Positions 27,174 to 35,597 of a DNA stretch of 35,597 nucleotides are shown piece after piece (within the stretch, counting starts at the first letter, position 1; every line of letters starts with the position of its first letter). The notes under the pieces are model-generated. The model saw only the letters and a program-made list of their open reading frames with translations. It did no database searches and was not told the DNA's origin. The DNA comes from a virus. Taxonomy: Duplodnaviria; Heunggongvirae; Uroviricota; Caudoviricetes. The stretch lies in IMG/VR virus record IMGVR_UViG_643348551_000007; one strand, 5' to 3'. Both the position numbers and the translations under genes were made by a program.

Positions 27174-30017
27174 TCAATCTTTATCGTAAAAACTGCCACG
27201 CCCGGCACGGGCGCGCCGTTCCATTTCTGCCCTGACCATTTCACCGACCAGTTTCGCCAGTTCGCGGGGATTCTGCGTAACAACGTTATGCAGATGAACA
27301 TGAATTTCACCACCAAATCCGGAGGCAACAGGCTCCCGGTTACGGGAAGTTGCAGGAACTGATGCCACTGGCGATCGTATGGCCTCCGCCACCGGGCGGG
27401 AGCTGGCCGCAACAACAGGGACCAGCGCCGGAGGCAGCGGAGCCGGAACCACGGGTGTGATATTAATTGCGGGGTCAGGCTTACTGACCTGCGCAATCTT
27501 CCGCTCCTGCCACTCCCCACGAACAGCAAGTGCGCGGGGCAGGTTCTTAAAGACAATATCGCCGGGGCCAATGCGTTTTTTCGTCTCATCAACCAGCTTA
27601 CCTGTGTTATCAGCAATTTTGCTGAGTCTGCGTAGCGTACCGGTATTGCTGTCTGTGAGCGGTTTGTTGTCTTTGGGCTTATCACCTCCGGTGCCATTGC
27701 CATTTTCCACAGGCTTCGGCGGATTGATTTTCGCCAGGTCCCCCTGAAGCAAGGCAACCTTGTCCTGAAGAATGGCCGCACGCTGTGCGTCTTCGATTTT
27801 CTTGCGCGCCCTTTCCGCTTCATCCGGAAGCACACCGAGCTTTTCAAGTATCCACGCCAGCGTATCCAGCAACATTTTTGCAGGTGTCAGAACAAGTTGT
27901 AACGCACCGCCAAGAACGTTACCGAATATCTCGCCAGCACTGGTACATTTATCCAGCGTTTCCTTGCTGGACTCCATCGGTGACAGCAGCGATTTAAACC
28001 AGTTAAACACCTGGCTGATCCCGCTTCCGATTGCGTCAAAAACAGGACCAAACCGTTCAAAGGTTTCGCGCAACGGGGTCAGCCTTTCCATAATCCCGCT
28101 GAACACCCCGGCAAAAAATGCCCTGATGGGATCCCAGTATTTCCAGATAAGAACGGCAGCTCCGGCAAGCGCAGCCACGATAAGACCGACCGGACTGAAC
28201 AACGCCCCGATAGCGCCCCCCAGTAACGAAACGGAACCCGTCACCATTCCCCATAGTGCTGGCAGGAGTCTGACAGCATTCATTGAACCGGTCAGGAGGG
28301 AAAAGCCAAGACGCAGTTTTGCCAGCGGGCCAGCAAGCACACCAATAGCCAGCGACAACGAGCCAACCGTTGCAGTCATTGCCAGCAACGCACCGCCTGC
28401 TATCAGTAGCTGGCGCGTCAGTACCGGATGGGCCTGCGCCAGCGAGGTGATTTTTTCAAGCACCCGCGTGAGCCACTGCGTGACAGAACGCAGCGGACCG
28501 TCAACCAGATCACTGATGCGAATACGAAGACCTTCCCATGCGCTGTCGAGATTTTTCAGGTCCCCATCAAGATTATCGGCCATTACTTTTGCAACGCGAT
28601 CGGCCTCTCCCCTTGCCCCCTGCAATTCTCTGGTCAGTTTTTGCAGCTCTCCTGAACCAGCCGCCGCAACAAGCGTCTGCAAACCAACGAACGCCTCTTC
28701 TCCGGCGATGTCCTTGAAGAAGGAGACCTGGTCCACCTGTCCGTATTTTTGTGTCGCCTTATAGAGATCAAGCAGCACATCCTCCATCGGGCGCATTTTG
28801 CCTCTGGCGTCAGCAACTGACACCCCCAGCTCTTTCAGCGCATCAGCCGCAGCTTTTGGCGGTGATGCAAGGCGGGACAGACTTGCGCGCATGGCCGTAC
28901 CAGCATCGCTTCCACGAAGACCATTATTGGCAAGCATCCCGGCCATGGCTGCCGCTTCTTCAAGACTGATACCAAGTTTTGCGGCAACCGGACCGGTATA
29001 CTTCATGGTTTCGCCCAGCGCGCGTAAATCAGTATTGGTCCGGGTGAATGCCGCTGTCAGCGTATCGCCAACCCGGTCCATTTGATCGGCTGTCAGTTTG
29101 AACTGTGTGAGGATATTGGAGCCTATATCCGCCGTCTCGCCGAGTTCGACGCCACCTGCCAGCGCCATATTAAGAACACCGGGCAATGCGGCCTGAATGG
29201 CCTGCGGAGTAAAACCAGCCATTGCCAGAAAGCTCTGCCCACTGGCGGCATCACTCGCAGTAAACTGTGTTTCAGAACCAAGTTTTAACGCCTGCTCACG
29301 CAGCGCCTTAAACTGCGGGCTTTTTTTGTCGATTCGCGTCAGTGCCTGAACGCGGGACATCTCTTTGCCGAACCCGATCGCAGGCTGCAAAAAACGCCCG
29401 GCAGCATAGCCGCCAGCCGCTGCAGCACCAATTGCCAGCGCACCACCTGTTTTCAGTTTTCCCGCGGTTTCCTGCGCGCGCGAATACCGCTCACGCGCCC
29501 GCGTTACACGCGCAAGCGCCTGCCGTTCGCGTTCAAGCTGGTTGTTGTACTGTTCGGTGCGTCTGATGGCCTGCTGGATGGTGTTATCGCTGCCTGTCAG
29601 GGAAATGCCGTGGCGTTTCAGCTCTCCGCCAAGTTCCCGCATTTTCTGAATTTCCCGTGTGCGCGATTCATTCAGGCGTTCAAGCCGGGTGCTTAACTGC
29701 TGCATCAGCTTTTGTTGTTTTTCGCTGAGCACTGTACCCGTGCGTTGTAACTGATTAAGGGCGTTAAGCTGGCGTCGTGCTTTCACGATACCCGCATCCG
29801 CTTTACTGACAGCGTCGCGGGCGCGCTCAAATGAACGCGCCTGACGCTCGAGATTTTTGATCGCCCCCTGCGTTCGCTGGATGGAGTCACCAAACTGCCC
29901 CATCAGGCGGCGGGCGTTTTCGGCAGGCCGGGTCAGCCTGTCAACGGCGCTGAAAGCGACCCGGATATCAAGAGTCTTCATTGTCTGCATTCCCGCTGCG
30001 AAGTGCCGCCCGCTCAC
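27174..30017 (-). CDS. T: Tail tape measure protein
   Basis: 947 aa; N-terminal coiled coil, central hydrophobic Gly/Ala-rich segments, downstream of E/E'; true start may be an internal Met near 29980-29990. Confidence 0.9.
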   Translation of the reverse strand: MSGRHFAAGMQTMKTLDIRVAFSAVDRLTRPAENARRLMGQFGDSIQRTQGAIKNLERQARSFERARDAVSKADAGIVKARRQLNALNQLQRTGTVLSEKQQKLMQQLSTRLERLNESRTREIQKMRELGGELKRHGISLTGSDNTIQQAIRRTEQYNNQLERERQALARVTRARERYSRAQETAGKLKTGGALAIGAAAAGGYAAGRFLQPAIGFGKEMSRVQALTRIDKKSPQFKALREQALKLGSETQFTASDAASGQSFLAMAGFTPQAIQAALPGVLNMALAGGVELGETADIGSNILTQFKLTADQMDRVGDTLTAAFTRTNTDLRALGETMKYTGPVAAKLGISLEEAAAMAGMLANNGLRGSDAGTAMRASLSRLASPPKAAADALKELGVSVADARGKMRPMEDVLLDLYKATQKYGQVDQVSFFKDIAGEEAFVGLQTLVAAAGSGELQKLTRELQGARGEADRVAKVMADNLDGDLKNLDSAWEGLRIRISDLVDGPLRSVTQWLTRVLEKITSLAQAHPVLTRQLLIAGGALLAMTATVGSLSLAIGVLAGPLAKLRLGFSLLTGSMNAVRLLPALWGMVTGSVSLLGGAIGALFSPVGLIVAALAGAAVLIWKYWDPIRAFFAGVFSGIMERLTPLRETFERFGPVFDAIGSGISQVFNWFKSLLSPMESSKETLDKCTSAGEIFGNVLGGALQLVLTPAKMLLDTLAWILEKLGVLPDEAERARKKIEDAQRAAILQDKVALLQGDLAKINPPKPVENGNGTGGDKPKDNKPLTDSNTGTLRRLSKIADNTGKLVDETKKRIGPGDIVFKNLPRALAVRGEWQERKIAQVSKPDPAINITPVVPAPLPPALVPVVAASSRPVAEAIRSPVASVPATSRNREPVASGFGGEIHVHLHNVVTQNPRELAKLVGEMVRAEMERRARAGRGSFYDKD

Positions 30018-30204
30018 GCCAGCTAACCACTTCGCCGGGCGTCATCATGAAGATTTCGGCGGGCGACCAGTTAAAAATGGCGGCAATATCCGCCACAAAG
30101 TCTTCTATGTGCTCAAAGCACACAACCGTGATCAGGCTTCCGTCGCCTGTTCGTTCTTCCCGCCAGAGTCCGCACCGCTCAAAAAATTTACGGCAACCAC
30201 ACAT
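29968..30204 (-). CDS. E': E' extension frame (expressed only as the E+E' frameshift product)
   Basis: Track ORF 29968..30204 overlaps the 3' end of E in the -1 frame and continues to the tape measure start, exactly the gpE/gpE+E' arrangement. Confidence 0.7.
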   Translation of the reverse strand: MCGCRKFFERCGLWREERTGDGSLITVVCFEHIEDFVADIAAIFNWSPAEIFMMTPGEVVSWRERAALRSGNADNEDS

Positions 30205-30506
30205 AACTGAATAAAGTCACGGGATGCCATTTTTTTGATCGTCACTTCATCCAGTCGCGGTGATGTCACGCGTGACAGCAGCGTAAACATGGATTCCGCT
30301 TTCAGATTCAGCACATCAGACAGCGACAAATCTCGCAGAGATCCAGCCTGCTCAATAGCCCCGGTGATCTCCACATACGTGATTTTTTCGCCACCACGCT
30401 CAATTGGCCGGGAAAGTTTTACACCACGTTCGACAGCCATATCCTCACCTGCCGTCACATCATCCGCCACGGTGTTATTCCGGGTTTCAGTATCGATGTC
30501 TTTCAT
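30132..30506 (-). CDS. E: Tail assembly chaperone
   Basis: 124 aa between tail tube and tape measure; ends shortly after the slippery site. Confidence 0.82.
   Translation of the reverse strand: MKDIDTETRNNTVADDVTAGEDMAVERGVKLSRPIERGGEKITYVEITGAIEQAGSLRDLSLSDVLNLKAESMFTLLSRVTSPRLDEVTIKKMASRDFIQLCVVAVNFLSGADSGGKNEQATEA
30180..30186 (-). promoter_or_regulatory. Programmed -1 ribosomal frameshift slippery heptamer (TTTTTTG)
   Basis: Minus strand reads GTA AAT TTT TTG AGC near the end of E; slipping one base back here joins the E frame to the E' frame. Confidence 0.7.
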
Positions 30507-30561
30507 CAGTTGTCTCCTTTTCAGTCAGAGGCGACGCACTGCGCCGCCTGCATATTACTTA

Positions 30562-31074
30562 TCAGCCAAGCCCAAGCGCGGAACGGATACGGTCAGGCAC
30601 AATGTCCTTGCCGTCCTTCCGGTAGATGTGGTTCAACAGGTCGATTTCCCACAGCGGGCGATCGTTAACGCTCAGCTTGTAGTAGGTGTTTTTGACAGCG
30701 TAAGTGTGTGATGTGGCTTCGCCCTGTTTGGCTTCCCCCATATCAATTTCCGTCACACGTCCGCGCATCTCGATTTCATACAGATCGCTTTCTGCATCGG
30801 TGTAGTATTCACCCGCAAAACGCAGCAGCGTGCCGTCAATCGTGCCGCCATATTTAAGGAACAGCGCACGAACAGCTCCCCCCATAACAAAACTCGCATC
30901 AAGCGCGGAGTCGTCCAGACCGAGATCAATACTTACCGCCCCCATCATGCCACCACCACGATAGCTGTCGGTTTTGCGCGTCAGTTTGGGCGGCGTGACG
31001 GATGTCACTTTACCCACTTCGTTTTCACCATCCACAAACAACGTAAAAAAGCGAAGATGTTTTGGTACAGCCAT
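30562..31074 (-). CDS. FII: Tail tube protein
   Basis: 170 aa (P2 FII 172 aa); directly downstream of sheath. Confidence 0.9.
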   Translation of the reverse strand: MAVPKHLRFFTLFVDGENEVGKVTSVTPPKLTRKTDSYRGGGMMGAVSIDLGLDDSALDASFVMGGAVRALFLKYGGTIDGTLLRFAGEYYTDAESDLYEIEMRGRVTEIDMGEAKQGEATSHTYAVKNTYYKLSVNDRPLWEIDLLNHIYRKDGKDIVPDRIRSALGLG

Positions 31075-32258
31075 CAGGCACCTCCCAGCACCGCAAATGC
31101 GGGACCAAAGAATTCATCAGTAAACGTCTGGTAAAGCTCCATGTCTTCCAGTGGCGGAACGGGCGTATATTTGTAGCGAATACGCACACGTCCCTGACGT
31201 AAATCCGTGGTGCCGTTATCCACTACGTCATACCAGCACTCCGCACCAATCAGTTTCCCGGCAGTAACCAGCGAATCCAGTTTTGCCCTGATGGCACTGA
31301 TAACATCCTTCACGTTCGCAGGCGTCAGTGGACTGTCGATGGTTTCAAACTGCGCTTCCGCAATTGAATCAGCCAGCACCTGTGCGGTTCGGGTATACAC
31401 CTCAAAGATGTAGGCGTTCGTTTCCGGTGTGCGGTTGCCCCAGAAGCGGAACCCGTTGCGACGAATAATGGTCGTAATTTCTTTGTTATTGAGGCTGTTG
31501 GCATCACTGTCTTCGGCCTGCAACGACCAGAACACATGCCTGGACATTCCCAGCACATTTTTAACCGGAACGTTGGACAGCGATTTGTGCCAGCCCTGCT
31601 CATGGTCAATGTACGCACGAAGGCCGCACGCATAAGCAGGCGCGGGGAACGTTTCGTTTTTGCCACTTTTCGGGTTGTAGGCGATGAAGTCAGGCCATAA
31701 GAGCATCACCTCACGTTCGTTGAATTTCTGGCGGTAGGTAATCGCCTCAGCCATCGTGTTACAACCATGACATGTGGCATACACAAACGCGCGCAGTTTA
31801 CCCGCAATCACGCACAGGGATTTTGTTACCGCCTCCGTGTCCAGCTCCGGCGCGGCCAGAATACGCGGACGGTATCCGATGCTTTCATCCTGCTCTGCAA
31901 CAAGCAGCGCATACATCCCCGTATAGCTGCCGTCATCCTCAGAACCACCGATAACCAGTTGATCCTGCGTCTTTCCATCTTCTTCTTTGTGTTCAGCCAC
32001 GCGAACGACGATCACCTTTGTGCTCACCTGGTCTGCGATGGCCTTAAGCGCACGATAAAGCGTCCCCGTTGTTCCGCATTTTCCCAGCACGTCATTGACG
32101 CGGGTCAGCAGTGTGGGCTTGTTCAGCGGGAACAGCTTCGCGTCCGCATCATCCGCCGTTGCCACGATACCGATAACGCTGGAATCAACATCGTTAATCG
32201 CTGTTACCAGGTCGGTATTTTCCGTAACACGGGCACCATGAAAACGAGTTTCACTCAT
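31074..32258 (-). CDS. FI: Tail sheath protein
   Basis: 394 aa (P2 FI 396 aa). Confidence 0.93.
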   Translation of the reverse strand: MSETRFHGARVTENTDLVTAINDVDSSVIGIVATADDADAKLFPLNKPTLLTRVNDVLGKCGTTGTLYRALKAIADQVSTKVIVVRVAEHKEEDGKTQDQLVIGGSEDDGSYTGMYALLVAEQDESIGYRPRILAAPELDTEAVTKSLCVIAGKLRAFVYATCHGCNTMAEAITYRQKFNEREVMLLWPDFIAYNPKSGKNETFPAPAYACGLRAYIDHEQGWHKSLSNVPVKNVLGMSRHVFWSLQAEDSDANSLNNKEITTIIRRNGFRFWGNRTPETNAYIFEVYTRTAQVLADSIAEAQFETIDSPLTPANVKDVISAIRAKLDSLVTAGKLIGAECWYDVVDNGTTDLRQGRVRIRYKYTPVPPLEDMELYQTFTDEFFGPAFAVLGGA

Positions 32259-32415
32259 AGCTTCAGCCCCTTGTATCCGTTAAATGATTCAGCAACAATC
32301 ATCACCTACCACGCGCGTAATCTCACCCCTGCGCCGTTCTCCCGCCACGGCGACAACAAAAAGCAGTAACCCCTTCCGCACGCACATGCGACCATGCCGC
32401 ACAGGGAGGGAACAG
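32259..32415. promoter_or_regulatory. Divergent promoter region between FI (minus) and D (plus)
   Basis: 157-bp noncoding gap between divergent starts; contains dyad TGATT-N7-AATCA and a TGT...ACA element at about 32272-32297. Confidence 0.35.
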
Positions 32416-33513
32416 ATGACCGACACCACCATGCAATTGCTCAGTCAGGGCACAGACCCCGTGAAAATGCCGGATTTTGATATTCTCGCGGAGGGTAAAA
32501 CGCTGTCAGGCGTGGCAGAGCGCCTGATGAGCCTGTCACTGACCGACAACCGGGGATTTGAGGCGGACCAGCTCACCATCACGCTGGATGATGCGGATGG
32601 TCAGTTGCAGCTACCGCCACGGGGCGCGCGCCTGACGGTTCTCATTGGCTGGAAAGGAGAACCGCTGACAGAAAAAGGCACTTACATTGTTGATGAAATC
32701 GCTCACGAAGGACCGCCGGACAGGCTGACGGTTTCAGCCAGAAGCGCAGATTTTCGGGATGAATTTAACGTTAAACGTGAGGTGTCCTGGCATGATGTGA
32801 CCGTTGAGCGCGTGGTATCCGCCATCGCTCATCGGTACGGTCTGAAACCACAAATCAGCGAAATGCTGATGGATATTGAAATCGACCACGCCGACCAGAC
32901 CGAAGAAAGCGACATGTCCTTCCTTACGCGCATGGCGGAAATGCTGGGCGCAATCACTACGGTAAAAAGCGGTAATCTGTTATTCATCATGCCAGGCGGT
33001 GGCGTGAACGCGCAGGGCCAGCCGTTGCCCTCGTTCGCCATCACACGCAGCAGCGGCGATCGCCATCAGTTCCGCATTGCTGACCGAGAGGCGTATACGG
33101 GGGTACGCGCTTACTGGCTTGATCTTAATTACGGGAAAAAGAAAAAAGTCAGCGTGAAACGCCGTAAACCGAAAATGGAGAAAAGCAGTAGCCGTGAAGG
33201 CGACTATATGGAAGGTGCGGAAGGCAACGTGTTTGTGTTACGCAAGACTTATCAGAACGAACAGGCAGCAAGACGCGCTGCGGCGGCAAAGTGGCAGCAG
33301 CTACAACGCGGAGCCGCATCATTCTCCATCACACTGGCACGTGGACGCGCAGAACTCTACCCCGAAATGCATGGCACGGTAACAGGATTTAAAAGCGAGA
33401 TTGATAATCAGGACTGGATTATTGCAAAAGCCGAGCACACCATTGATAACAGCGGTTTTACCACGCAGCTTGAACTTGAAACAAAAATCCCTGAATGGAT
33501 TGCGCAGACCTAA
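32416..33513 (+). CDS. D: Tail protein D (late control gene D family)
   Basis: LSLTDNRGFEADQL, RSADFR, SWHD, ITRSDGDRH-like, EGDYMEGAEGNVF and SGFTTQLELE blocks match P2 gpD as I recall it; start set at ATG 32416 with GGGAGGG Shine-Dalgarno. Confidence 0.9.
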   Translation: MTDTTMQLLSQGTDPVKMPDFDILAEGKTLSGVAERLMSLSLTDNRGFEADQLTITLDDADGQLQLPPRGARLTVLIGWKGEPLTEKGTYIVDEIAHEGPPDRLTVSARSADFRDEFNVKREVSWHDVTVERVVSAIAHRYGLKPQISEMLMDIEIDHADQTEESDMSFLTRMAEMLGAITTVKSGNLLFIMPGGGVNAQGQPLPSFAITRSSGDRHQFRIADREAYTGVRAYWLDLNYGKKKKVSVKRRKPKMEKSSSREGDYMEGAEGNVFVLRKTYQNEQAARRAAAAKWQQLQRGAASFSITLARGRAELYPEMHGTVTGFKSEIDNQDWIIAKAEHTIDNSGFTTQLELETKIPEWIAQT

Positions 33514-33528
33514 ATGGTGGGAAGATAC

Positions 33529-33567
33529 GGCACAGAGCCAACATAATATACCTGTTTGCTCTGTGCC
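33529..33567. terminator. 10-bp inverted repeat after D (possible terminator)
   Basis: GGCACAGAGC ... GCTCTGTGCC with a 19-nt loop; no clear U-tract. Confidence 0.3.
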
Positions 33568-33643
33568 CGAAATAGGCATCATAAACCTAACGATGAATTG
33601 ATATGCAAGATTATAAAAAATCCGCTGACATTATTTCTCATCG

Positions 33644-34804
33644 TTAATCAAGTTTTTGCTGATGATACCGATACAGCATCATTCTAAGTTTTAGCAAGGT
33701 TGTACTATCATTATCTGCAGAGCAAAAATTATACCAACCTTCAGTATATTTATTTAAAGTATCAAAGTAATAATCCTTCAATGGATCATCCCTATCTGAG
33801 TGGAGACAAGAAAACATCTTCTGAAGAATATAATTTAATTCACCTGTAGGAAGCCTCGAAATAATCACATCACAAGTAGTTGTTAAATCTTCAATATTCA
33901 TTTTCTGAAGATTATTTCTAATCTCTAAAACGATCGGATAGAGTTTACTCAAAAACTCATTTACTTCATCTTGAAGATGCTTCTCTTTAACACAACCATC
34001 AAACAAATGAATTAACTCTTCCAATTGCATTCGGTAATAATCATTATTACCTCGTATAGCGACTTCTGAAAGAAGCAGCCTCAACTCATCATAAATGTTA
34101 TCGGTGGATGATATAACTTGCGCGGACAAAACATCGTAATGGTTGTTACGAATTACCACTATAGAGTCCATTAGTTTTTCTAGATATTTATACCTACTTT
34201 CAACATATGAGATAAGCTCGTTAAATTTAATACCGAAAATAACATCATCCACACCGGGTTTATTATTATAAAGACTTATAGTAAAATCATTATTATTAAG
34301 TGCATAAAAATGAGGCCAACTCGCAAACAATCTCTCCCCGTGGTTATTTTTAAGATTCGTAGGGTGAGCACCAAAAATAGCGCGAACACTCTTAAAATAA
34401 GAGTCATCATCCTCATGCGAAAGATAATGTATTTTATCCTTAAAAATATCAACAGAGCCTTTAAAGGGCCATTTCATAAAATTATTGTCACTTTCAATAA
34501 TACGATGGAGTTGCCGCACCGCTTCCACTATTATATCGATTGATGATATAATAGTATAAATCTGCATAGCTTTAATATCAATGTCTTCAGATATTTCAGG
34601 GATGTTCATAAGATAGCGTACAGAAACAGTAATCCAATCCATGCATGAACAAATAGGGCTGAACTGATTTTTACCATTTCTGTTTATGAAGTAACTATAA
34701 ACAAAATCTCTTTCATTAACTACATCGCGAAAATCCGTTATTAAAGTATCATTAATAGTTATACCAAAATTTGTCTTAGTTATCTTCATGGTGACCATTT
34801 TCAC
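33644..34804 (-). CDS. AT-rich cargo gene, hypothetical 386-aa cytoplasmic protein (possible Abi/HEPN-like)
   Basis: ORF track; strongly AT-rich, opposite orientation to flanking D and ogr; contains an R-x5-H stretch (RAIFGAH); no TM segments. Confidence 0.7.
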   Translation of the reverse strand: MKMVTMKITKTNFGITINDTLITDFRDVVNERDFVYSYFINRNGKNQFSPICSCMDWITVSVRYLMNIPEISEDIDIKAMQIYTIISSIDIIVEAVRQLHRIIESDNNFMKWPFKGSVDIFKDKIHYLSHEDDDSYFKSVRAIFGAHPTNLKNNHGERLFASWPHFYALNNNDFTISLYNNKPGVDDVIFGIKFNELISYVESRYKYLEKLMDSIVVIRNNHYDVLSAQVISSTDNIYDELRLLLSEVAIRGNNDYYRMQLEELIHLFDGCVKEKHLQDEVNEFLSKLYPIVLEIRNNLQKMNIEDLTTTCDVIISRLPTGELNYILQKMFSCLHSDRDDPLKDYYFDTLNKYTEGWYNFCSADNDSTTLLKLRMMLYRYHQQKLD

Positions 34805-35005
34805 ATCAACATTCTCATAGAGAGTAGATTTTTACCGTTATCATATATAAACACAAGTCATCTGGTTATCCGAATCACTATATTTAAAGCAATTAGGTTT
34901 AAACATGCACTCCTGCGCTAACTTTTTGCTCAAGGCGGAGTGGCTGTTGGAGTCTGAGCCAGTACAACTTAAAATAGAACCAGCACCACGTTAAGGGAGG
35001 TCGCT

Positions 35006-35266
35006 ATGTTCCGTTGTCCGCTTTGTGGCGCATCTGCCCGTATCCGCACCAGTCGTCCGGAAAATGATTCAAACACCGTGCGGCAAAAGTATTACCAGTG
35101 TAACAACCTGGAATGCGGCGTATGCTTCTCAACACTGGAAGCTTTCCATAAATTCACATCGAAACACGCCTCCGGCGTTCACTCTTCAGATGGTATCCCG
35201 TGGCATGAGCTGCCAGCTTCACACAGGGGAAACAATCAGATGAGTTTGCCTTTACCTCAGAATTAA
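35006..35266 (+). CDS. ogr: Zinc-finger late-gene transcriptional activator, Ogr/Delta family
   Basis: MFRCPLCGASARIRTSR...YYQCNNLECG parallels P2 Ogr (MFHCPLC...YHQCQNVNCS) with four Cys; AAGGGAGG Shine-Dalgarno. Confidence 0.9.
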   Translation: MFRCPLCGASARIRTSRPENDSNTVRQKYYQCNNLECGVCFSTLEAFHKFTSKHASGVHSSDGIPWHELPASHRGNNQMSLPLPQN

Positions 35267-35456
35267 CAGGCAGAATTGCCGGAGCAACAAAAAAGCGATA
35301 GATTACGCGCGGGTGCCTTTCGGCTGATGGTCGGAGGGAATACCCGAAGGCCAGATGTGGAAAGGCCCCGGAAAACATCTCTGTTTAACCGAGGCCCTAA
35401 CCGCATTACCTTGACAAGTGAAAGGTTAGCGCCTCTCCGGAAAAGGAGCAAGTGCT

Positions 35457-35597
35457 ATGTCGCAAAAATCGCTTACGGCCATCACGTTCTGCGTGACGGC
35501 AATCCTCATCATCTGGATGCTGCACGGTTCGCTGTGCGAAATACGGATGAGCTTCTGGGGAGCGGAGTTTGCGGCGTTCTTACAGTGTAAGCAGTAA
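35457..35597 (+). CDS. Hok/Gef-family type I toxin (46 aa)
   Basis: Not in the ORF track (<60 aa); translation MSQKSLTAITFCVTAILIIWMLHGSLCEIRMSFWGAEFAAFLQCKQ has an N-terminal TM helix plus the SLCEI and AAF signatures of Hok peptides (closest in my memory to HokA); AGGAG Shine-Dalgarno; stop codon is the last 3 bases of the window. Confidence 0.65.
   Translation: MSQKSLTAITFCVTAILIIWMLHGSLCEIRMSFWGAEFAAFLQCKQ

Noticed and set aside
27772-28764. 330-aa plus-strand ORF and the 229-aa minus-strand ORF 27158..27847 overlapping the tape measure gene
   Set aside because: Alternative frames of the tape measure region; Ser/Pro/Ala-rich low-complexity translations.
30001-30062. Apparent one-base frame inconsistency when hand-translating E' and the tape measure start across the 30060/30061 line boundary
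   Set aside because: Most likely my own base-counting error in a G-run rather than a real frameshift or pseudogene; the supplied ORF track is continuous through this region, so I used its coordinates.
32284-32415. Upstream extension of the D ORF (track start 32284)
   Set aside because: The extension (MIQQQSSPTTRVISPLRRSPATATTKSS...) is Pro/Ser/Thr/Arg-rich, unlike gpD, and would leave no promoter space; ATG at 32416 has a strong Shine-Dalgarno.
35276-35590. 104-aa plus-strand ORF overlapping the hok-like gene as an independent protein-coding gene
   Set aside because: Arg/Gly-rich translation with no recognisable family; more plausibly the mok-like overlapping frame or noncoding regulatory RNA of a hok locus, so not reported as a separate CDS.

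Overview
The window is almost entirely a P2-like (Peduovirus-type) temperate phage integrated in an enterobacterial chromosome, read in prophage order from int to ogr. Left to right: a terminator and two small cargo genes co-oriented with int; integrase; C-type repressor; a Pe/Pc operator with direct repeats; a cox-like gene and small early genes; rolling-circle replication protein A (HUH and YxxxY motifs); an AT-rich three-gene minus-strand operon in the slot where P2 carries tin/old; a cos-like region; portal Q and terminase P (minus); scaffold O, capsid N, small terminase M, L, X; a lysis cassette (holin, M15-peptidase endolysin, overlapping spanins); R, S, V, W, J, I; tail fibre H with a Gin-type invertible C-terminal segment, two tail-fibre assembly genes and a serine DNA invertase; U, T, E/E', FII, FI on the minus strand; D; a second AT-rich cargo gene; ogr; and a Hok-family toxin ORF ending at the window edge. 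The main candidate for an undescribed system is the tin/old-slot operon: a GHKL (histidine/serine-kinase-like) ATPase, a small STAS-like (DUF4325-like) protein and a membrane lipoprotein. Other points worth a second look are the inverted FI-FII-E-T-U tail block that separates D from its usual operon, the cargo gene between D and ogr, and the lysogen-expressed cargo pair downstream of int. All calls rest on reading the sequence and the supplied ORF translations against remembered protein families; no database search was run, and hand-derived coordinates may be off by a few bases.
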